The notes: generated by a model from the letters alone, not told the origin. A DNA stretch of 44,395 nucleotides from Candidatus Woesearchaeota archaeon (GCA_016180285.1 JACPBO010000017.1:1-44395); one strand, 5' to 3'. Shown: positions 1 through 9,351, numbered from the stretch's first letter. Program-made: numbers and translations.

Positions 1-1
1 A

Positions 2-625
2 TATGATGACCATAAGAACATCGCTTACTATCCACGCTGTCAGAACGCCAGTCACCCCAATCCCTAAGACGACCAGACCGATGGCTAGGAAATATCTAAC
101 CATGAAAGAGAGCGTGTAATAGATCCCTGCTTTGGCAGTCCTATTCAATCCTACAAGAGTCATCATGAAGAGTTGGCCGATGGTGTAGAACCACACATCA
201 ATGGATGCTAAGGCAATCCACTCTGAAGCAGCTTGACCCTGAAATACTGTGTCGACAATCCAGCCAGCTGAGAAGAAAAGGATCAGTGATGATGCGGTCG
301 ACAACGCAATGGAGATGGTGAGGGATGCTCTGAAGACTTGTACTGCTTTTCCTCTTCGACCTGATGAGAGAAAGTCAGGTATGAGTTTGGCTACTGCTGG
401 GGGAAGGGGCATGTTTGTCAAAACTGTCTGTGGAAGAGATAGGTTGGCAATGGTTGCCACTCCAAAGATGATTATTTGCAGTCCTGTTATGACTCCAATT
501 TGTGATGTGGGTAGTAGGTTGGTGATAGTGGCAAAGTAAGCGGTATTGGCTAGCAGTAGAACGATGCTTGAGAAGTAGATGGAGGTGGCGCCTCTCGCCA
601 CGGAAGCATCAGAACTGTCAAGCAT
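2..625 (-). CDS. Oligosaccharide flippase (Wzx/MOP family), N-terminal part; runs off the window edge
   Basis: Manual translation from ATG 625 gives MLDSSDASVARGATSIYFSSIVLLLANTAYF..., open to the edge with many hydrophobic segments and a Wzx-like N-terminus. Absent from the ORF track. Confidence 0.7.
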   Translation of the reverse strand, partial: MLDSSDASVARGATSIYFSSIVLLLANTAYFATITNLLPTSQIGVITGLQIIIFGVATIANLSLPQTVLTNMPLPPAVAKLIPDFLSSGRRGKAVQVFRASLTISIALSTASSLILFFSAGWIVDTVFQGQAASEWIALASIDVWFYTIGQLFMMTLVGLNRTAKAGIYYTLSFMVRYFLAIGLVVLGIGVTGVLTAWIVSDVLMVII

Positions 626-769
626 AGATGAACACAGGAGTAGGTGTAGCCTTTGGATAGGGGATTATATGCCTTCACGCTGATTGACGGTAAAGCACAG
701 TTTATCTGGACAGTTGGGCGCGTATCAAGATTATTTGGATGTTTGACTGTGAGTGGAACTTGATAGAGG

Positions 770-778
770 NNNNNNNNN
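770..778. other. Assembly gap (9 N)
   Basis: Run of N; composition differs on either side. Confidence 0.99.
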
Positions 779-1350
779 ATCTGAAGGGTAATTTGTTATT
801 GGCGGCTGTTGGAGAGTTGTAGGTTGCAGGGCAAGCTCAGGTGTAAACTAAATCTAGGGGGAGTTTGAAAAGAATCGGATAGTGTTAATTTAATTCAATG
901 GGAGCCTCAATGATTTGCTGGTAGTTTTGCGGGATTATCATAGTGATGGAGGAATATTGTGGTAATGGTGAATCTTTCACCTGCGGGTTCTTATGGCTGT
1001 TAGGGTGTGATGGGAGGTTACTAAGAAGATTAGAGCTCCTGTATCTACGGAGAAAAAAATTCAGTTGAATTCGGCAAGACTCCAATTTTCCCTCAGAGAA
1101 TTGTTGAGGATGCGCTTGAGCATCATAAACTCTTGACCAGAATTGTAAAGAACACTTTGTCTAACCACAAAAGTTTCCTCAGCACGAATGTACTATACAC
1201 CAAGCGCCTGAATATTCTTGCCGATTTCTTACGATGTCGGGGCGGGATGATGGGGGAGATGACTTGGTGACGCTGTTGTCGAAGCTCCCTGCGGGGCAGG
1301 TGGAGTAGATGGAGAAGTATCTTGGTTCCGAGTGTCGGTAGACGGCTGCG

Positions 1351-1485
1351 TCAGCTCCTATCTGGATGAGTTGGATCAAAAAAGATGTTAAGCTTGCCTT
1401 CATTAGCTATTGGTGTAAGCCAGTCCACCATTCCTTGTCTTCTAAGCTCTTTTTTCTCCAGCTCTTTGTCTATTTTTGTTTTCAT
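1351..1485 (-). CDS. Short 44-aa ORF, possibly the 5' part of a broken gene
   Basis: ATG lies 1 nt after the stop of the upstream gene; MKTKIDKELEKKELRRQGMVDWLTPIANEGKLNIFFDPTHPDRS*. Downstream sequence has no long convincing frame. Confidence 0.35.
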   Translation of the reverse strand: MKTKIDKELEKKELRRQGMVDWLTPIANEGKLNIFFDPTHPDRS

Positions 1486-1486
1486 C

Positions 1487-2467
1487 TTAGTTCAAGCCGA
1501 CATACCTTTTAGGCAGATTGCCTGAATCCAGTCGACTTCCAACCCGCCGCGTTGTAAATAAGCCGTTCTTTATGCTGTCGTAGCAAAGTATGACTTCTCC
1601 TGCTAGAAACTCTATCCTTGCTCTTGTTATGTCAGATAATTTTTCATCCTGGCACAGCAGAGTAAGCTTGTATGAAAGGTCATAAGCGCTGATGCCCAGA
1701 GGGCTTTCCTGCCGTATTTGATCTGCAATCTTTTTGTTAAGGCCTTTTCCTTCATACCTGTCAAAATAATCATTAAGCTCATTGAAAGTGAACCGCTTAT
1801 CTCTGCTTTCATCGATTTTTCCTTCAAGTTCAGATACTAATGCAGTTGCTTTTATCAGCCCTTTGGCAAGATCGTCATCTCTCCTGTGAATAACCCTGCC
1901 AATGCCCCTTTTCATCGCTTTATTAAGAAATATTGTCCAGTTTGAGCATGTACGATTATACCAGCTTATTCCATAGCTTACTGCATCTAACCCAGAGCCG
2001 CCATAAACCCCATAATCGCCTGTGTTTAAAACAAGATTTATTCCCTTGAACCTTGTGTTCAGCGGGAAATTGAATTGCAGGCTCTCATTATTGCGGAAGT
2101 ATCTTATTGCAGGATTTTTTCCAATTAGCTTTGATGCTTCTTTGGCGATCTCTCTTGGGCTTATTTCTATAAAGCTGTCCGTTACAACTGACAATGGCCT
2201 GCTTCCTGCAAATCTTAAGTACAGATCTTTATCCGCATTTGTTTGCCGTATTCTCTCTTTTACTTCTTTTTGTGTAAGGCCGTCTTCGCTTGCCCTTATA
2301 TCAACGCTGCATTTTTGCAGAAATCTTCTGTTTAAAGCTGATGGCACAGTAAGGCCGCCATAAATTATATCTTCATAGCCCGGTTCTCCAAATATTGCTG
2401 GCCTTTCTTTAGGCACCCTAATCATTCTTGCCTGTTTTACAGGGATCTTTTCCAAGATTTCAACCAT
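1487..2467 (-). CDS. Hypothetical protein, DUF932-like
   Basis: ATG 2467 has a GGAGG SD. The motif WYNRTCSNW resembles the R.xC.NG signature of DUF932 proteins, followed by ..IHR. Confidence 0.55.
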   Translation of the reverse strand: MVEILEKIPVKQARMIRVPKERPAIFGEPGYEDIIYGGLTVPSALNRRFLQKCSVDIRASEDGLTQKEVKERIRQTNADKDLYLRFAGSRPLSVVTDSFIEISPREIAKEASKLIGKNPAIRYFRNNESLQFNFPLNTRFKGINLVLNTGDYGVYGGSGLDAVSYGISWYNRTCSNWTIFLNKAMKRGIGRVIHRRDDDLAKGLIKATALVSELEGKIDESRDKRFTFNELNDYFDRYEGKGLNKKIADQIRQESPLGISAYDLSYKLTLLCQDEKLSDITRARIEFLAGEVILCYDSIKNGLFTTRRVGSRLDSGNLPKRYVGLN

Positions 2468-2532
2468 TTTTATCGCCTCCGATATCAATTATCCTGTTGA
2501 ATAGGGTGCAAAGAAAGCTATATTAATTATTG

Positions 2533-2550
2533 TGGTGATATAAATCACCA
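2533..2550. promoter_or_regulatory. Palindromic operator candidate TGGTGAT-N4-ATCACCA
   Basis: Perfect 7-bp inverted repeat between divergent DUF932-like and TrmB genes, flanked by TATA-like tracts. Confidence 0.55.
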
Positions 2551-2585
2551 TAAAATTTATATATGGGGACCATTTAACCGATATC

Positions 2586-3287
2586 ATGGACGAAAAATTC
2601 CTGGAAGACGCTGGCCTGACAAAAACAGAGGCAAAAATTTATCTTGCATTATTGGAGCTCGGCCCTTCATTGGCAGGCGAAATAACAAAAAAATCAGGCA
2701 TACACAGAAGGAGCGTTTATGACGCAATCGAGCGCCTGATACAAAAAGGCCTTGTTTCCTATTTGAAGACAAATAACAGGAAATATTTTGAAGCTGTGGC
2801 TCCGGAAAGATTAAAAGACATTCTGAAGGAAAAGGAAAACAACATAAATTCAATAATGCCTGAGCTTAAACTAAAATATGGTCTGTCAAAAGAAAAGCAG
2901 GAAACAGTTTTCTTCAGGGGAAAGCAGGCTTTAAAGGCCATATTTGATGACCAGATAAAAGAGGGAAAAGAAATCCTGATTTTCGGCGCCTCTTCAAATG
3001 CAGATGAGATTGTCAAGTACTACTTTCCTCATTATGACCAAGAAAGAATAAGGCACAAAATAAATGTAAAGGCGATCTTTAATGAGAAAATAGGCAAAAA
3101 AATACCTTTATGCAAAATAAAATACCTGCCAAAAGAATTCAAGAGCCACGCAGCAACAAACATCTATGGCGATAAGGCTGCAATTATCCTCTGGTCGCAA
3201 AACCCCTTTGCAATATTGATCAAAAACAAGGAAATCGCAGAAAGCTATAAAAACTACTTCGAAATCATGTGGAAGATTGCCAAATAA
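2586..3287 (+). CDS. TrmB-family transcriptional regulator
   Basis: GLTKTEAKIYLALLELG...SGIHRRSVYDAIERLIQKGLV wHTH; PLD-like C-terminal domain (IYGDKAAII...FEIMWK). Confidence 0.9.
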   Translation: MDEKFLEDAGLTKTEAKIYLALLELGPSLAGEITKKSGIHRRSVYDAIERLIQKGLVSYLKTNNRKYFEAVAPERLKDILKEKENNINSIMPELKLKYGLSKEKQETVFFRGKQALKAIFDDQIKEGKEILIFGASSNADEIVKYYFPHYDQERIRHKINVKAIFNEKIGKKIPLCKIKYLPKEFKSHAATNIYGDKAAIILWSQNPFAILIKNKEIAESYKNYFEIMWKIAK

Positions 3288-3375
3288 GCGGCTATGGTCT
3301 ATCGGTATGATGCGAGCTTCCCAGGCAATTTTGCAGAAAGAGCTTGCGAGCCGGGTTCAATTCCCGGTAGCCGCA
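3288..3375 (+). tRNA. tRNA-Gly(CCC) with a 17-nt intron at 37/38 (3324-3340)
   Basis: Acceptor GCGGCTA/TAGCCGC+A, anticodon stem CGAGC/GCTTG, loop TTCCCA|A, T-loop TTCAATT; relaxed BHB at the junctions. Confidence 0.93.
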
Positions 3376-3404
3376 TGAATATGTAACGTACGAATAAACA
3401 AAAA

Positions 3405-4025
3405 ATGATTAAAAACATTATTTTTGACTGGTCTGGAACACTTAGTGATGATTGGGATAGCGGCCATGCTGCTGCAATGCGGATTTTCAAAAAATTAGGA
3501 TTAAAAGTTTTAAGTTCAGAAAAACATAAAAAAGAATTTATCCTGCCGTATATGAATTTTTATAAAAAATATAAGAAGGATATTGGTAAGAAAGAAATTG
3601 ACAGATTATTCTTCAAAGAAATAAACTCAGTTAATGAGCCAAAACCATTTCCCAAAGCAGAAAAGATATTAAGCTTTTTTAAAACAAAGGGGATTAAGTT
3701 GGCCATTTTAAGTTCACACCCGCAGAAAAAACTGGAAAAAGAACTGAAAAACTATGGTTTTCAAAAATTTTTCATAGAAGTAAAAGGAAGCGTGCATGAT
3801 AAAAGAGAAGCGATATCAGGGATAATGAAAAGAAATAGGTTCAATAATAAAGAGACCGCTTATATAGGGGACATGACTCATGACCTAGATGCAGGCAAAG
3901 AAGCAAAAGTAACTGTAATCGCAGTTTCTTGGGGATATCAGCCAAAAGAAAAGCTGTCAAAGGAAAACCCTGATTTCATCATAGATGATTTGGATGAACT
4001 TAAAAATGTTATTCGCATAAAATGA
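3405..4025 (+). CDS. HAD-superfamily hydrolase (phosphoglycolate-phosphatase-like)
   Basis: IIFDWSGTL (motif I, DxS variant), ILSS, K, YIGDMTHD motifs. Confidence 0.9.
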   Translation: MIKNIIFDWSGTLSDDWDSGHAAAMRIFKKLGLKVLSSEKHKKEFILPYMNFYKKYKKDIGKKEIDRLFFKEINSVNEPKPFPKAEKILSFFKTKGIKLAILSSHPQKKLEKELKNYGFQKFFIEVKGSVHDKREAISGIMKRNRFNNKETAYIGDMTHDLDAGKEAKVTVIAVSWGYQPKEKLSKENPDFIIDDLDELKNVIRIK

Positions 4026-4720
4026 AAAAAACCCTAAAAATAAAAAACCGAGAAACAAATTTCAAGTACTTCGACATAATCTTAGGATTATTTGTTGCTG
4101 TTTTATTGATCTCAAATATTGCAAGCTCAAAAATCCTGAATTTGGGCCCATTCACCTTTGATGGCGGCACGATCTTGTTCCCATTGGCGTACATCTTCGG
4201 CGATGTTCTGACAGAAGTTTACGGCTACAAAAGATCAAGAAAAGTAATCTGGACTGGATTTTTCTCCATAATTCTGGCGAGCATAATTTTCTGGATCGTA
4301 GGACTGCTGCCGCCGGCTATTGGCTGGGGAAACCAAAAAGCTTATGATGCAATCCTTGGAGTTGTGCCAAGGATTGTTTTAGGCTCATTAATTGCTTACT
4401 TCGCAGGAGAATTCTCAAATTCTTATGTTCTCGCTAAGATGAAAATATGGACAAAAGGAAGATGGCTCTGGGCAAGGACAATCGGATCAACAATAGTCGG
4501 AGAGGGCGTTGATACGTTGCTATTCGTCTTGATTGCATTTCTCGGAATTTTGCCTTTATCTCTGTTGATTGCAATAATTATCTCGAACTATATATTCAAA
4601 GTGGGAGTTGAAGTTTTATTCACGCCAATAACTTACAAAATTGTCAGATTTTTGAAAATAAAGGAAAATGAAGATTATTATGACCATAAAACAAACTTCA
4701 ACCCTTTTGCAGCAAAATGA
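4022..4720 (+). CDS. yhhQ: Queuosine precursor transporter (YhhQ/Vut_1 family)
   Basis: SNIASSK, FPLAYIFGDVLTEVYG, RIVLGSLIAY, RTIGSTIVGEGVDT motifs; multi-TM; overlaps both neighbours by 4 nt. Confidence 0.9.
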   Translation: MKKTLKIKNRETNFKYFDIILGLFVAVLLISNIASSKILNLGPFTFDGGTILFPLAYIFGDVLTEVYGYKRSRKVIWTGFFSIILASIIFWIVGLLPPAIGWGNQKAYDAILGVVPRIVLGSLIAYFAGEFSNSYVLAKMKIWTKGRWLWARTIGSTIVGEGVDTLLFVLIAFLGILPLSLLIAIIISNYIFKVGVEVLFTPITYKIVRFLKIKENEDYYDHKTNFNPFAAK

Positions 4721-5742
4721 AATTGTCTGATTTTGATTACAGTCTTGACAAAAGCTTTATTGCGCAGCATCCTGCTGAGCCGAAGGACCACTCTAAATTA
4801 ATGGTTGTAAAAAACAGCAAAATTGAGCACAAGCATTTTTACAATATCATTTGTTATCTGAAAAGAGGCGACGTTCTCGTCATTAATGAAACAAAAGTCC
4901 TGCCAAATAAAATTGTCGGGAATAAGATCAGCGGAGGCAAAGCTGAATTTATCATAAATAAAAGCCTGAAAAATAATGTATGCGAATGCCTTATCAAAAC
5001 AAGAAAGCCAAAAATAGGGTCAGAATTCATTTTTAAAAATAAAATAAAAGGAAAAATAACAAATAAAAAAAATAACCTGTTTGAAGTAAAATTCAATAAG
5101 AACATGAATAAAATAATAGAGAAAATCGGAGAACTCCCGACTCCGCCATATGTTAAAAGCAAAATAAGGAAAGACAGCGAATACCAGACTATCTATTCCA
5201 AAGCAAAAGGATCATTGGCAGCGCCGACTGCGGGCCTGCATTTTACAAAAAACCTGTTAAAAAAACTAAAAAACAAGGGAGTTAAAATAGCAAGATTGAC
5301 ATTGCACATTTCTTTCAGCACATTTTCGCACATAAGGGAAGGGGATTTTACAAAGCACAGGATGGAGCCGGAATATTTTTCAATCAGCAAAAAGAATGCA
5401 GAAATAATAAACAAAAGAAAAGGAAGGTTGTTCGTTGTCGGAACAACTTCATTAAAAGCTCTGGAATCTTTGAACAAAAATAAAAAAATAATTGCCAGAT
5501 CAGGATATTCAAATCTGTTCATTTACCCGGGTTATAAATTTAAAAACAAGGTTGACGGCTTCATAACTAACTTTCATCTTCCGAAATCTTCTTTGTTGCT
5601 GTTAACCTGCGCATTTTATGGGAGAAAAAACATTCTGAAGGCCTATAAAGAAGCGATAAAAAACAATTACAGGTTTTTCAGCTTTGGAGATGCAATGCTG
5701 CTTCTCAAAGAAAACTCGCATCCACAATATCTCTGCCTGTAA
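4717..5742 (+). CDS. queA: SAM:tRNA ribosyltransferase-isomerase
   Basis: MKLSDFDY..IAQHP, PTPPY, GSLAAPTAGLHFT, TNFHLPKSSL, YRFFSFGDAML motifs. Confidence 0.96.
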   Translation: MKLSDFDYSLDKSFIAQHPAEPKDHSKLMVVKNSKIEHKHFYNIICYLKRGDVLVINETKVLPNKIVGNKISGGKAEFIINKSLKNNVCECLIKTRKPKIGSEFIFKNKIKGKITNKKNNLFEVKFNKNMNKIIEKIGELPTPPYVKSKIRKDSEYQTIYSKAKGSLAAPTAGLHFTKNLLKKLKNKGVKIARLTLHISFSTFSHIREGDFTKHRMEPEYFSISKKNAEIINKRKGRLFVVGTTSLKALESLNKNKKIIARSGYSNLFIYPGYKFKNKVDGFITNFHLPKSSLLLLTCAFYGRKNILKAYKEAIKNNYRFFSFGDAMLLLKENSHPQYLCL

Positions 5743-6227
5743 AGATCATGTTTCTTAGCTAATTCGACAGAATGCTTAAACCCGTCTTTTTTCTTGAAAT
5801 CAATATCCAAAAATCGTATTTCCCCGGTTTCAAGATTTTTCCCAATTTCAAAAATCTTCTTTGAATCCTTGTGCGGGCTTATAGTTAGTGTTGTTGTAAA
5901 GCAGTCAAAGCCCAATTCCCTGGCTTTTTCAGCAGTTTTCCTTAGATTGAATTCAAAGCATTTCCAGCATCTCTTGCCTCTTTCTGGCTCATTCTCAAGG
6001 CCTTTGACAAACTCAAGCCATTCTTTATGCTTATAGTCATCAAAAACTATTTTTAGATCAGAAACTTCTGCAATCTTCTTTGCATTCTCAGACCGTTTAT
6101 CAAATTCTTCTTCAGGGCAAATATTTGAATTGGAAAAAAATAAAACTAAATCATACCTTGATTTCAGAAATTCAATTGCATGCGTCGAGCATGGCGCGCA
6201 GCAGACATGCAGCAGTAATTTTTCCAT
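5667..6227 (-). CDS. queH: Epoxyqueuosine reductase (DUF208)
   Basis: LLLHVCCAPCS, EPERGKRCWKC, TTTLTISPHK, LYRQRYCGC motifs. Confidence 0.94.
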   Translation of the reverse strand: MEKLLLHVCCAPCSTHAIEFLKSRYDLVLFFSNSNICPEEEFDKRSENAKKIAEVSDLKIVFDDYKHKEWLEFVKGLENEPERGKRCWKCFEFNLRKTAEKARELGFDCFTTTLTISPHKDSKKIFEIGKNLETGEIRFLDIDFKKKDGFKHSVELAKKHDLYRQRYCGCEFSLRSSIASPKLKNL

Positions 6228-6247
6228 AATGGCAGAAATTCAAATCG

Positions 6248-6682
6248 TTATTTAAACTTTTCATTAATTTCTTCTTCAGGGAGCGGATCAACTGTCTCAA
6301 ACATTGCTTTCAGCCCGGTTTTTAAGGAAACATTGTCAGATATCTGCGAATGCACATAAGGATGTATAAGCCATTTTGTATCCAAGTTTGAAAACGGATT
6401 CACAAAATAAAAAACAAGCCCCTTAAACTTGGAAAATTCATTGAAGTGCTTTGCAAAAAAATCAAAATTCTCTTTTGTATTGAATGTGACAACGCCTTTA
6501 TTCTCTCCAATCTTCTGCATCAGCCCGTCATTCAGCTTCGGCTCTGCCAGATAAGCAACTTCTTTGTCCTTGAATTTAATTGTTAGCGGATTTTCAATTA
6601 TTTCTGTGATGTTTCTGGTCAAAACATCTTTGTGCTTTGCAAAATTGATGATCCAGTCTTTAAGGAAATCATTCGGAGTCAT
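6248..6682 (-). CDS. Hypothetical protein
   Basis: 144-aa ORF filling the gap, TATA-like element upstream. Confidence 0.7.
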   Translation of the reverse strand: MTPNDFLKDWIINFAKHKDVLTRNITEIIENPLTIKFKDKEVAYLAEPKLNDGLMQKIGENKGVVTFNTKENFDFFAKHFNEFSKFKGLVFYFVNPFSNLDTKWLIHPYVHSQISDNVSLKTGLKAMFETVDPLPEEEINEKFK

Positions 6683-6743
6683 ATCCCGGAAAATTTGAAC
6701 GGTATTTATAAACTTTAATAGAAATCAAATAGTGATGAATAAT

Positions 6744-7490
6744 TTACTCGTTCTCAACTCTTGGCGCAAGTATGAACGCAAGCTCAACCTTATTGATTGT
6801 CCTGTAATCAAGCTTCAAAGGATAATCCTTGTTGAACTGTATCAAAACCTCATCTGCTATTTTAGAGCCGCCGATCATCTTTTTAAGGTACTCTATTGAA
6901 TACTTTGCCTTTACATTATCTTTCGCATCAGAAATTATTTTAATTTCATCAGCCGGCTTTATTTCAATCCTCGCTTTTGACAAGTCGCCTTCAGCAGAAA
7001 CAACAAATTTCCCCGACTCAAGCGCAAAGCTCACTGACTCGCCGACAACATCAACATCATCTATTGCGTCATTTAAAACATTGCACGGCATTTTTATTGA
7101 AATTGGAAAAGCCAGCTCAGGGATTCTTTGCTCTCTCTCTTCTATATCGATGACAGGCAGCGAGAACACCCTTGTAGATGCGCTTTTTAATGTTATCTTC
7201 AGGCGGTTGTCGGAATCTAGCTCCATTGTAAGCATATCAGAAGGGCCTGCTCTCCTCAATATCTGCTTCAGATTGCTCATGTTGATTGCAAACTCCGTGG
7301 TTCCCTTCGCATCATACTCAACAAAAGAGCTGCTCAGCAGCTTATAAATAACCATTGCAACATTTGCAGGGTCCATTGCAATCAGTTCAATTGCATCCTT
7401 TGTAACCTTGAAGCGGGCTTCGTTAACAAGATCAGAAATTATAGCTATGCTTTCCTTAAGGTATTTCGGCTCAGCAAGTGTAAGTTTCAT
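6744..7490 (-). CDS. pcn: DNA polymerase sliding clamp PCNA
   Basis: Start at ATG 7490 (MKLTLAE); AMDPANVAMV, KYSIEYL, FILAPR motifs. Confidence 0.96.
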   Translation of the reverse strand: MKLTLAEPKYLKESIAIISDLVNEARFKVTKDAIELIAMDPANVAMVIYKLLSSSFVEYDAKGTTEFAINMSNLKQILRRAGPSDMLTMELDSDNRLKITLKSASTRVFSLPVIDIEEREQRIPELAFPISIKMPCNVLNDAIDDVDVVGESVSFALESGKFVVSAEGDLSKARIEIKPADEIKIISDAKDNVKAKYSIEYLKKMIGGSKIADEVLIQFNKDYPLKLDYRTINKVELAFILAPRVENE

Positions 7491-7542
7491 TTTATCCCCC
7501 TGGGTTGATGTTATATCAAACTTCTTTAAATAGATTTCGCTT

Positions 7543-8871
7543 TTACAAAGAAAGCTTACTGCCATTCTGCATTAAATGAGCATTCTCCTTTTTGTACCCC
7601 ATTTCAATTGACAAGTCTATCAAAGAAGAAAGCATCGAAGGCTCTCCGTGCGCGGGGATTACATGCTTGGGCTTTACAAGATTTATCATATCCCTTAAGT
7701 CTTCCCTTGCAGCATGGCCGCTTACATGAATGTCTGTGAAAATCCTGCATCCAAGCTCTCTTAATTTCTTCTCGAGAATTGCCCTGTTTTCAATGTTTGT
7801 TGGGGTAGGAATGACTCTCGCAGAAAAAATAACGTGATCTTCCGAATCAAAAATAAACGGCGTTTTCAGGTCAGCCATTCTCGACAATGTCGATTTAAGC
7901 TCGCCTTGATGGCCAGTTACAACCAAAAGATATTTTTCCTTGCCTTTTTTCATTATTTCGTTTAATTTTCTCTTCACCTTGCTGCCAAATTTTACTATTT
8001 CAGCATCTTTTGAGAAATAAGCCAGTCCAATATCTTCTGCTGCATAGCTGTACTTTGCCAGGCTTCTTCCAAGAAAAACAATCTTTCTGTTCATTTTCCT
8101 TCCAAATTCAATTATCGACTTAAGCCTCGCAATATGGCTTGAAAAAGTTGTGATAACAACAGCTTTTCCTCTTGAGTTTGTGCCAAGCATAACGTCTTTA
8201 AGCATTTGCTGCGCAACTGATTCTGAAGGCATTTTTTGCGCCAAAGAAGCGTATGTTGAATCGACAATTAAAGCAAAAACTCCTTCCTTGCCAAGTTCTT
8301 CTAACCTTTCAAAATTCGGCTTCTGCCCTGATGTCGGGTATAAATCAAACTTAAAGTCATTAGCATATAAAATAACGCCTTCTTTAGTGTGCAATGCAAC
8401 AATTATTGTCTGGGGGGTGGAATGTGTTACATTTATAAATTCAACAGTAATGTCTTCTGATAATTTTATTTTTGAATTTATGTTTAAGGATTTTATTTCA
8501 TTTCTTAAATTTATTTTTTCATCCCTCATGATTGCCTTTATAACGGCTGCCGTGAATGGCGTGCATATGATTGGAGCGTCATACTTATTGGAGCAGTATG
8601 GGATGGCGCCAACATGGTCCAGATGCGCGTGGCTTGGAATAATCGCTATAACTTTTTTTCTTAAATCATATATCAGCATATCGTCAGGAACAGCCCCTGC
8701 CTTTCTAAGGTCTGATTCTTTTAAATTTTCAATATCCTCATCTTGCGTGTATTTTATATAGCTGTCCAGGTGTATGCCCATATCAAGAATAACAATTTCA
8801 TCTCCGACTTTGATGGCAGTCATATTCTTTCCAACTTCATTATAGCCGCCAATTGCAAAAATCTCAACCAT
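7543..8871 (-). CDS. rnj: Ribonuclease J (beta-CASP metallo-beta-lactamase)
   Basis: GGYNEVGKNM, SHAHLDHVGA, THS, DFKFD, HVSGHA, PAHG motifs. Confidence 0.95.
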   Translation of the reverse strand: MVEIFAIGGYNEVGKNMTAIKVGDEIVILDMGIHLDSYIKYTQDEDIENLKESDLRKAGAVPDDMLIYDLRKKVIAIIPSHAHLDHVGAIPYCSNKYDAPIICTPFTAAVIKAIMRDEKINLRNEIKSLNINSKIKLSEDITVEFINVTHSTPQTIIVALHTKEGVILYANDFKFDLYPTSGQKPNFERLEELGKEGVFALIVDSTYASLAQKMPSESVAQQMLKDVMLGTNSRGKAVVITTFSSHIARLKSIIEFGRKMNRKIVFLGRSLAKYSYAAEDIGLAYFSKDAEIVKFGSKVKRKLNEIMKKGKEKYLLVVTGHQGELKSTLSRMADLKTPFIFDSEDHVIFSARVIPTPTNIENRAILEKKLRELGCRIFTDIHVSGHAAREDLRDMINLVKPKHVIPAHGEPSMLSSLIDLSIEMGYKKENAHLMQNGSKLSL

Positions 8872-8940
8872 TCATGCATTAAAAGAAACAGCATCTTTAT
8901 AAACTTTATTTAATTTAAAATGATAATGCCCGCATCAAAA

Positions 8941-8958
8941 TAGAAATCTTTATAAATA
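8941..8958 (+). promoter_or_regulatory. BRE/TATA promoter of the rRNA operon
   Basis: AGAAATC-TTTATAAA about 150 nt upstream of the 16S start. Confidence 0.65.
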
Positions 8959-9351
8959 AACAACCTTTCCCCTCTTTATCCAAAAATAAACATCACCTCC
9001 AAAAAAAGTTTCTGCTTTTTAAATGCACAATTACCATGTATGCTCGATATTGGTATCGGGCATGAATTAGGGCAATGATATTGACAAGTTAGTCTGCGAT
9101 TAACTATAATTTCCGTTTATCCTGCGGAAGATCGCTGCTATTAGGGTTCGACTAAGCCATGCAAGTCTTGGGATTCGCAAGAGTCCCGGCAGACTGCTCA
9201 GTAACACGTCGATAATCTGCCTTATGGTCAGGGATAACCTCGAGAAATTGAGGGTAATACCTGGCAGGGGATTGAGGCTGGAATGCGCCTTCTCTGAAAT
9301 GCAAAGCCATAAGATGAGTCGGCGGCTGATTAGGTTGTTGGTGAGGTAATG

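Noticed and set aside
249..539. 96-aa plus-strand ORF
   Set aside because: Antisense shadow of the flippase gene.
779..1350. G-rich plus-strand stretch with short ORFs (885-1085, 1179-1403); considered as a DGR template repeat
   Set aside because: No matching variable repeat or reverse transcriptase in the window and no convincing long frame; more likely decayed or low-quality contig-end sequence.
6829..8761. Long antisense ORFs opposite PCNA and RNase J (and similar ones opposite lonB and leuS)
   Set aside because: Shadow frames of well-supported genes.
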